Origin: a virus
Reading direction: 5' to 3' (one strand)
Virus record (IMG/VR): IMGVR_UViG_3300014838_000014
Coordinates: 32,001-96,000 of that record
Length of the DNA: 64,000 bases
This document shows positions 58,059 to 64,000 of the stretch, in pieces. The position numbers were made by a program, and so were the translations under genes. How positions within the stretch are numbered: position 1 is the stretch's first letter; each line of letters starts with the position of its first letter. The notes beneath the pieces were generated by a model that did no database searches, was not told the DNA's origin, and saw only the letters and a list, made by a program, of their open reading frames with translations.

Positions 58059-59494
58059 ATTTTGAACGAAATCCTGATCTATCCAAGAAGTACGAAGCAG
58101 AGGAAAATCATTCGATGAAGACTGACTATGAGTGTCAATGCGAAACTTGCTGGAAATCACGTGTTATGCCGGCGTTCGTTGAACGTGATGGTGTCCCCGC
58201 GGAAGACGCAAAGCTCGCAAAGGAAACGAAGCTGACTCTCACCGGCGAACTTCGACAGTTTCTCAGTCAGTCACACGTGAAGCGAATGTTCAACCTTGGA
58301 AATGAGTTGTTTTCTGCCGCTTCGCCGTTCCTCGATGAACCCACGTGGTGGAATGCCGCGCGGTCGGTGATCGCGATGGGCAAAGTCATGGTGGACGACA
58401 CGGAGATGATCGATGACGAATACTTCGCCGGCGATGAATGGGCTGAACCTTACAGCACAGATTTCAACCAGACGTTGCTTCGAGTTCTTCAGAAGTTCCA
58501 GTACGAGAAGATCAAAACATCGAACGAAAACATGATCGTTAGGATCGTCACTCTGCCTTGCGGCGTCAAGGCAGGTTGGACGTGTAACATCAAGAACGAT
58601 ATGATCGATCACATCTACGTCGAAACGGAGGGCCTTGACGAGGCACGAGACGAAATCAAGAAATTGCTGTGGGAGCAATTCAAGGGAAAATCGTTGGTGA
58701 TGCGAAAGAACAACCGCGTCATCTTGACGGGCGATGAGGCTCGAGTCGTCTTTGAGGTCGATAATACGTTCGAAACAAAGCTTTCAAAGCGGGCCATCGA
58801 ATACGCTTCTTACCTCAAGAAGCCTCTCGACGCCAACGTGTCACGCTCGGTCATGTTTTATGGTCCTCCAGGAACGGGCAAGTCAACGCTTGCGAGGACG
58901 CTCGTAGAACTCATGAACCTTAGATCGTTCAGAATTCGTATCGGTGACCTTGGTGAACTGGATAACTCAACGTTGTTCGAAGCAATCAATATATTTGAAC
59001 CTGACGCCGTCATACTCGACGACTTCGATCGAACGAGCGGTCAGGCACAGTTGCTTGAAACGTTGGAGTTCTTTCAGCAGAAGGTCAAGCTAGTCATCGT
59101 CACGGTGAACAACAAGAATCGCCTCGATGATGCTTTGCTCAGGCCAGGTAGGATCGATGAACTAATCTTGATCGATAAGATGGACGAAGAGGTCGTCAAG
59201 CACGTGCTCGGTGAGTACGTAGATGGTTACGATCTCGTCAAAGATTGGCCAATTGCATTCATCAATGAGTACGTCGTTCGTAGGACGTACCTATCGGTGA
59301 AGGACGCAGCTGATTCTGTCACCGAACTAGCGAACCGTGTCGCTGAACTTGATGATTACAGAGAGAGCGACAAGGACGACATCGCTCGCATGATGGCAAC
59401 GTTCAAGAAGAAAATGAAGAAAGGTCGTAAGAATTCAGACGTTCATCCTCCCGTTGTTGTAGATGAGGATGATGATGAGGATTATGACAAGTGA
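58055..59494 (+). CDS. AAA+ ATPase
   Basis: YGPPGTGKST, ILDDFD, LDDALLRPGRID. Confidence 0.9.
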   Translation: MNFERNPDLSKKYEAEENHSMKTDYECQCETCWKSRVMPAFVERDGVPAEDAKLAKETKLTLTGELRQFLSQSHVKRMFNLGNELFSAASPFLDEPTWWNAARSVIAMGKVMVDDTEMIDDEYFAGDEWAEPYSTDFNQTLLRVLQKFQYEKIKTSNENMIVRIVTLPCGVKAGWTCNIKNDMIDHIYVETEGLDEARDEIKKLLWEQFKGKSLVMRKNNRVILTGDEARVVFEVDNTFETKLSKRAIEYASYLKKPLDANVSRSVMFYGPPGTGKSTLARTLVELMNLRSFRIRIGDLGELDNSTLFEAINIFEPDAVILDDFDRTSGQAQLLETLEFFQQKVKLVIVTVNNKNRLDDALLRPGRIDELILIDKMDEEVVKHVLGEYVDGYDLVKDWPIAFINEYVVRRTYLSVKDAADSVTELANRVAELDDYRESDKDDIARMMATFKKKMKKGRKNSDVHPPVVVDEDDDEDYDK

Positions 59495-59632
59495 GACAGA
59501 AGCACTGATTTATACGTCCAATGTCGCAATTACTATGAATGTTTCATCAATGTAGGAAATTGACACCATGAAAAAAGCCGTAAGTTGAACAGAAGCATCA
59601 AACGCGAAGTTGTCACTATGCTAGGAAACTGA

Positions 59633-59905
59633 ATGGCTAGTTATTGGTCGATGACGAATCGTAGCACAACGGGACTACCTAGTCGTTCCGACAGGTGCAC
59701 AGAATTCCAACTATACGTTGGTGATAGCATTGTAAACGTCGTCGATTTTACTGCGTGGAGGTTGCTTAGGTATGCCGCGATGACGAACGATCCTCAACAG
59801 AGGCTCGTTCTGCTAACGATGGTCAATGATTACAAGAGCGGCCACATTGCAGTTGCATGGAAAAATGGAGCACCCGTGTACGTCAATGTCACCAAAGATT
59901 CGTGA
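59633..59905 (+). CDS. Hypothetical protein
   Basis: ORF with AGGA RBS. Confidence 0.5.
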   Translation: MASYWSMTNRSTTGLPSRSDRCTEFQLYVGDSIVNVVDFTAWRLLRYAAMTNDPQQRLVLLTMVNDYKSGHIAVAWKNGAPVYVNVTKDS

Positions 59906-59925
59906 TACGTTGTACAATTGCTTCC

Positions 59926-61581
59926 ATGCAGGAAGAGCACGTAACAGGAATAGAATTTGCATCCGACGCACGTAAACGATTGTTCAAAGGAATCAAGATC
60001 GCGGCAGACTGTGTGTCGGCTACGCTTGGTCCAAAGGGTCACGCGGTTATTATACAACGACAAGGCAAATCTCCCCTCGTCACACGTGATGGCGTCACCG
60101 TCGCTCGATCTTTGAAGCTCAATGATCCCGTTGAACGGATGGGTGCAGAGCTGATCACCGAAGCGGCGGGACAGACGAACGACGTTGCAGGAGATGGCAC
60201 CACAACGTCCACCGTGCTCACGGCCTCACTCATTGAAGGAGGATTGAGGTTGGTCGAGGCAGGCTATTCTAGCCTCTCAGTGTGTCGTGGAATTGAAGCC
60301 GCGGCGACATTGATCGATGCCGAGGTAAAGAGGTTGGCGAAGCAGGTCATCTCATCCGATGAGGTTTCACAGATCGGCACCATAAGCGCGAACGGCGATA
60401 AACAAATCGGCGACCTGATCGCTCAAGCGATGGATAAGGTTGGTCGAGACGGCGTGATCACCGTTGAGGATGCCAAGGGAATGATGACCTCGTTGGACGT
60501 TGCAGAGGGAATGCAGGTCGATCGAGGGTACGTAAGTCCGTACTTCGTCACCGATCCAGAGCGCATGCGAGCAGTGTATGAAAATGCGCAAGTTCTCATA
60601 ACGGACAAAAAGATCGTGACGTTCAATGAACTCATCAAAATACTCGAGCAGTGCAAGCGCGCTCAGCGTCCGTTGCTCATTGTTGCAGATGATTTTGAAG
60701 GCGAAGCGCTTTCTGGTCTCGTTCTCAACCGCGTCAAATCGCAGCTTCCCGTCGTGGCAATCAAGGCACCAGGCTACGGACAACACAGGCACGAACTGCT
60801 CGCGGACATGTGCGTTCTCGTCGGAGCAACGCTCGTGTCGAGCGCGACTGGGTTAACGTTCGATAACGTAACGTTCGATAAGTTGGGCACGTGCAAGCGT
60901 TTCATAACAGATGCAAAATCAACGACGATCGTTGGATCGGGTTCGACGATGCAAGCCGTTCAGGATCACGTTGCAGAGCTCAGAAAGCAGCTAGAGGATG
61001 TCACGTTGGCTCAGGATGATGCGACGAAGCTTCGCATGCGTGCTGCTAGGTTGGCATCAGGCGTTGCCATCATCAAGGTCGGTGGTACGACAGAAATAGA
61101 GATGAACGAACGAAAGTTCCGCATCGAGGACGCATTGAATGCGACGAAGGCTGCCATTGAAGAAGGCATCGTGCCTGGCGGTGGCATGGCTTTGTTCAAT
61201 GCGGTCAGGTCCGTGAGAGCTCAACTGGAAAACGTGAAATCAAGCGCAGATCCCAACGAATTCATGGGTTGCAATGCGTTGCTTGATGCATGCACATCGC
61301 CGTTACGTCGCATCGTTTCCAATGCTGGTCAGACGCCTGGCGTCATCATCGCCGAACTAGAGCGAGCCAACTCGTTGGCGCCCATAGCGATTGATGGATA
61401 CGGATACAACGCTGCAACGGGGGAGTACTGTGATCTAGTCACGACGGGAGTGATAGACCCGGTCAAGGTAACGCGCACTGCATTGAAGAACGCAGTCTCC
61501 GTCGCGGTGACGTTTCTATCACTAGACGCTGTCGTCTACGATGAAACACCGAACAAAAGGAACGATGATGAAGAAGAATAA
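59926..61581 (+). CDS. groEL: Chaperonin GroEL
   Basis: TLGPKG, TRDGVTVA, AGDGTTT, EEGIVPGGG, IDPVKVTR. Confidence 0.95.
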   Translation: MQEEHVTGIEFASDARKRLFKGIKIAADCVSATLGPKGHAVIIQRQGKSPLVTRDGVTVARSLKLNDPVERMGAELITEAAGQTNDVAGDGTTTSTVLTASLIEGGLRLVEAGYSSLSVCRGIEAAATLIDAEVKRLAKQVISSDEVSQIGTISANGDKQIGDLIAQAMDKVGRDGVITVEDAKGMMTSLDVAEGMQVDRGYVSPYFVTDPERMRAVYENAQVLITDKKIVTFNELIKILEQCKRAQRPLLIVADDFEGEALSGLVLNRVKSQLPVVAIKAPGYGQHRHELLADMCVLVGATLVSSATGLTFDNVTFDKLGTCKRFITDAKSTTIVGSGSTMQAVQDHVAELRKQLEDVTLAQDDATKLRMRAARLASGVAIIKVGGTTEIEMNERKFRIEDALNATKAAIEEGIVPGGGMALFNAVRSVRAQLENVKSSADPNEFMGCNALLDACTSPLRRIVSNAGQTPGVIIAELERANSLAPIAIDGYGYNAATGEYCDLVTTGVIDPVKVTRTALKNAVSVAVTFLSLDAVVYDETPNKRNDDEEE

Positions 61582-61927
61582 ACACGATTCGGTCCTCGTT
61601 GACGTCGTTGAATCAAGCAACGTTGACTGGTCAAGCGTGACGAACGAAGAAGGACTGCGATTGGGCATTTTGTTCGGTGAACTACGTGAACTAGAAACTA
61701 AGGCGAAGGCCTCAAATAACGTACGTAACGAAGCAATGCTCAATTTTGTCGTCATCACGCTGATGTTGTTATTTAAAACATCGATTTTGTTTCCTTTGGT
61801 ATGGCTCGCCTTCGTGCTGTGTCGTGACGTCGTAAACTCTATGATGTTATCATCGATCGTCAAGATGCAAGTTGACACCGTGAGCGAGAACATCGATGAT
61901 GTTGCAAAGAAGCATCCATTGAAATAA
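61565..61927 (+). CDS. Membrane protein
   Basis: Two hydrophobic segments. Confidence 0.5.
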   Translation: MMKKNKHDSVLVDVVESSNVDWSSVTNEEGLRLGILFGELRELETKAKASNNVRNEAMLNFVVITLMLLFKTSILFPLVWLAFVLCRDVVNSMMLSSIVKMQVDTVSENIDDVAKKHPLK

Positions 61928-61956
61928 ACAATGCCCTTCACTGAATACGTAGATGA

Positions 61957-62256
61957 ATGAGGATAACGATCGGTGAACTCAAGAGATACGTGCTTCGAGA
62001 GTTCGGCGTGGATGACACGTTGAGGCACGAGGCTGGATTCTTCATGGCAGGCGGCGTAAGCGCCGGAGACCGTGATCGAGAGGCATCGTTGGTGGATCCA
62101 CCCCCTGGTTTGGGTGGTGGCGAGGATGATGAACTAGAAAAGAAAAGAGACAACGACGATTATGAAGAGCAAAGCAAGGGACAACCAGGAACAAGGGTTT
62201 CAGACAGGCGAGGAGGAGAGGCAGGATCGCCTGGAGCTAAATGGCGTCGTAGATGA
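61957..62256 (+). CDS. Hypothetical protein with leader motif
   Basis: MRITIGELKRYVLRE; ATACGTA 5 nt upstream. Confidence 0.65.
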   Translation: MRITIGELKRYVLREFGVDDTLRHEAGFFMAGGVSAGDRDREASLVDPPPGLGGGEDDELEKKRDNDDYEEQSKGQPGTRVSDRRGGEAGSPGAKWRRR

Positions 62257-62428
62257 AGCGCTTCCTGGAACGTTGTTTAAGGTAAAATGCACCGCTGAAC
62301 ACACCGTACTGTGTACGTTGGGTGGAAAGCTACGAAAAAACAGAATTCGTTTGCTAGTTGGTGACAGCGTACGTATTGAAGTGTCGCCCTATGACCTCTC
62401 TCGGGGTAGGGTCGTGTGGAGATCGTAG
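62162..62428 (+). CDS. infA: Translation initiation factor IF-1
   Basis: G.V.EALP...F.V......VL....GK.R.N.IR.L.GD.V..E.SPYDLSRGR. Confidence 0.92.
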   Translation: MKSKARDNQEQGFQTGEEERQDRLELNGVVDEALPGTLFKVKCTAEHTVLCTLGGKLRKNRIRLLVGDSVRIEVSPYDLSRGRVVWRS

Positions 62429-62643
62429 CAACGATTACGCGGTGAATCTTTTAGTTCAATGGGTGTATGATGATCTCATATGAATTTTATTGTTTACTTG
62501 TTGTTTGGAGCAGCGATAACGCTAATTGTTTTAAACACGTTGGGTGATGATGCATCCACGAGGATGACTGTCGTGTTATGGATGTTCGCTGCAACAATGG
62601 TGTTCATGCACAGAACGAACGACGAAAAGGATAAGTAATCGTC

Positions 62644-62985
62644 ATGAAAACAACGATTGGCGAACTACGTAGGCTCGTGAAGGAAGCTTCGCGCAACAGC
62701 GAAACATCTCACGGCGATGCAAACGTGGGCGAGTGGTACGTTACTCGAGATACGCGTGGCCACGAACAGGTTGAGAAACTCACGGGAATACGCGTGGATG
62801 ATTCCGGCACGTGGGTCAACATGAGACATCCCGAGGGTTTCTCACAAGAAATGCTATATGATAGATGGTTGGAAAACACCGTCGGCGTTGCAACGCCTGA
62901 ACAGGTCGCCATGGCGAAAGCGCGCGCGGAAAAGAAACGTGAATGGATGAGCAAGGAAATCAATACGTCGCGTGAAGGAACGTAA
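62644..62985 (+). CDS. Hypothetical protein with leader motif
   Basis: MKTTIGELRRLVKE; ATAAGTA 6 nt upstream. Confidence 0.7.
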   Translation: MKTTIGELRRLVKEASRNSETSHGDANVGEWYVTRDTRGHEQVEKLTGIRVDDSGTWVNMRHPEGFSQEMLYDRWLENTVGVATPEQVAMAKARAEKKREWMSKEINTSREGT

Positions 62986-63712
62986 AACAGCGAACGTTAG
63001 CTGAACGTTGAAACATCGTCCTCTCCGGCAGCACGAACGCGTGCAACTTCATACCGAAGACTGCACCGCCATCGATTCCTGCAAGGTGTTCCGTCACCAA
63101 CGGCCTGTCGAACACGCTGTGACCAAACACGACCAATTCAGGTCCGTTCCAAAAGTTAGTCCAAAACATCCAGCGATCGCGTTCGTTTGCAGGAACCTTG
63201 CTCGGCCACAACGTCGTCGTGTTCCAAGCGATGTTTCCATAATCGTCCGTGTTCCATGGACATATCGATTGAATGTGCAACAGGTGATGCGAGTTCTGCG
63301 CTTCGATGGGAACGTATGGAAAGACACCTGCGTGAACGATGATAGCATTGTGTTCTGGTAATCTGATGTAGAGAGGCATGCTCTCGAACCAAGCGTAGTG
63401 CTCAGGTCTAAGCTGTCCCCGCGTCACGACGTGTGTGTGAGGTAAAGGTCTGCTGAACGTGTTGGTGTTCCTGAACTCGTGCTCGTGCTCGATGTGTTTG
63501 CTTTCATGGTTGCCTAGAACGCACGAACGTATGCCTTGTTTTTTCTCGATCTCCATCACGAGGTCAACGCAGCCCGCGCTGTTGGGTCCCCTATCAACCA
63601 AGTCACCGACGAAGAAGATGCGGTCACCGGGCATCACCTTGCACTTATCAAGCAACGCCTTCGTTTCTTCTAAGCACCCGTGAAGATCACCTATGATGAT
63701 GTCTCTGCTCAC
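62960..63712 (-). CDS. Ser/Thr phosphatase / ApaH-like metallophosphoesterase
   Basis: GDLHG, GDLVDRGP, GNHE, VHAG, FGH, IDGG. Confidence 0.9.
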   Translation of the reverse strand: MSRDIIIGDLHGCLEETKALLDKCKVMPGDRIFFVGDLVDRGPNSAGCVDLVMEIEKKQGIRSCVLGNHESKHIEHEHEFRNTNTFSRPLPHTHVVTRGQLRPEHYAWFESMPLYIRLPEHNAIIVHAGVFPYVPIEAQNSHHLLHIQSICPWNTDDYGNIAWNTTTLWPSKVPANERDRWMFWTNFWNGPELVVFGHSVFDRPLVTEHLAGIDGGAVFGMKLHAFVLPERTMFQRSANVRCFTFLHATY

Positions 63713-64000
63713 TTAAACGTTCCCTTCGCTGCAACCTTCACTCCACGTGGTTTAGAAACGAGCAACGTAAAATCGCTTGATGGCGGAGGTTGTTGCCGCA
63801 AACCACGAATGCTTAAAGAAACGTCCTGATAAGAGCTACCTGTCACTGTCAATAACGTGCACATAAACGGTTGCATTGACACGGCGTGTGCATTCAGCAT
63901 CGCAACTGAACCAGTCGCCAACGGACCGGTGCTTGACCATTGCGTAACGGTGCCTGAAACGATGAATGGCGAGCTTGGTGACTGAGGCATGTGAGAATTG
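63709..64000 (-). CDS. Hypothetical protein, possibly truncated at the window edge
   Basis: Coupled to the phosphatase start; frame open to the window end. Confidence 0.45.
   Translation of the reverse strand, partial: NSHMPQSPSSPFIVSGTVTQWSSTGPLATGSVAMLNAHAVSMQPFMCTLLTVTGSSYQDVSLSIRGLRQQPPPSSDFTLLVSKPRGVKVAAKGTFK

Noticed and set aside
343-63683. Numerous short antisense or alternate-frame ORFs in the track
   Set aside because: They are shadows of well-supported genes and lack motifs or translation signals.
1-64000. Stop-codon reassignment as seen in some large phages
   Set aside because: Known genes translate full-length in the standard code, and TAA, TAG and TGA all terminate genes.

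Overview
Gene-dense 64-kb segment of a large (jumbo-type) dsDNA bacteriophage genome, mostly on the + strand. I recognised no capsid, tail, terminase, cas or tRNA genes. It encodes RNA repair (PNK, RNA ligase), nucleotide metabolism (tdk, dCMP deaminase, dNMP kinase) and a T4 gp42-like dCMP hydroxymethylase with glycosyltransferases and nucleotide-sugar enzymes, suggesting glycosylated-cytosine DNA. It also has a dnaE split in two by a free-standing GIY-YIG endonuclease, GroEL, a J-domain protein, IF-1, SOD, a Dps-like protein, coaD, an LD-carboxypeptidase and a lysozyme. Many hypothetical proteins share an N-terminal leader peptide and an upstream TANNTA motif. The standout is a 12-copy family of ~85-aa genes (MKPGDLIEWVY...) in four clusters whose 3' ends are type I-E-like CRISPR mini-arrays (29-nt repeat GGTTGTTCCACGCGCGCGTGGATGACAYG, mostly 32-nt spacers). 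The gene body occupies the leader position, repeat 1 is translated as LFHARVDD, the first spacer encodes a hypervariable ~11-aa peptide, and repeat 2 supplies VVPR.. plus the stop codon or the next gene's RBS. All assignments come from motif recognition by eye; no database searches were run.
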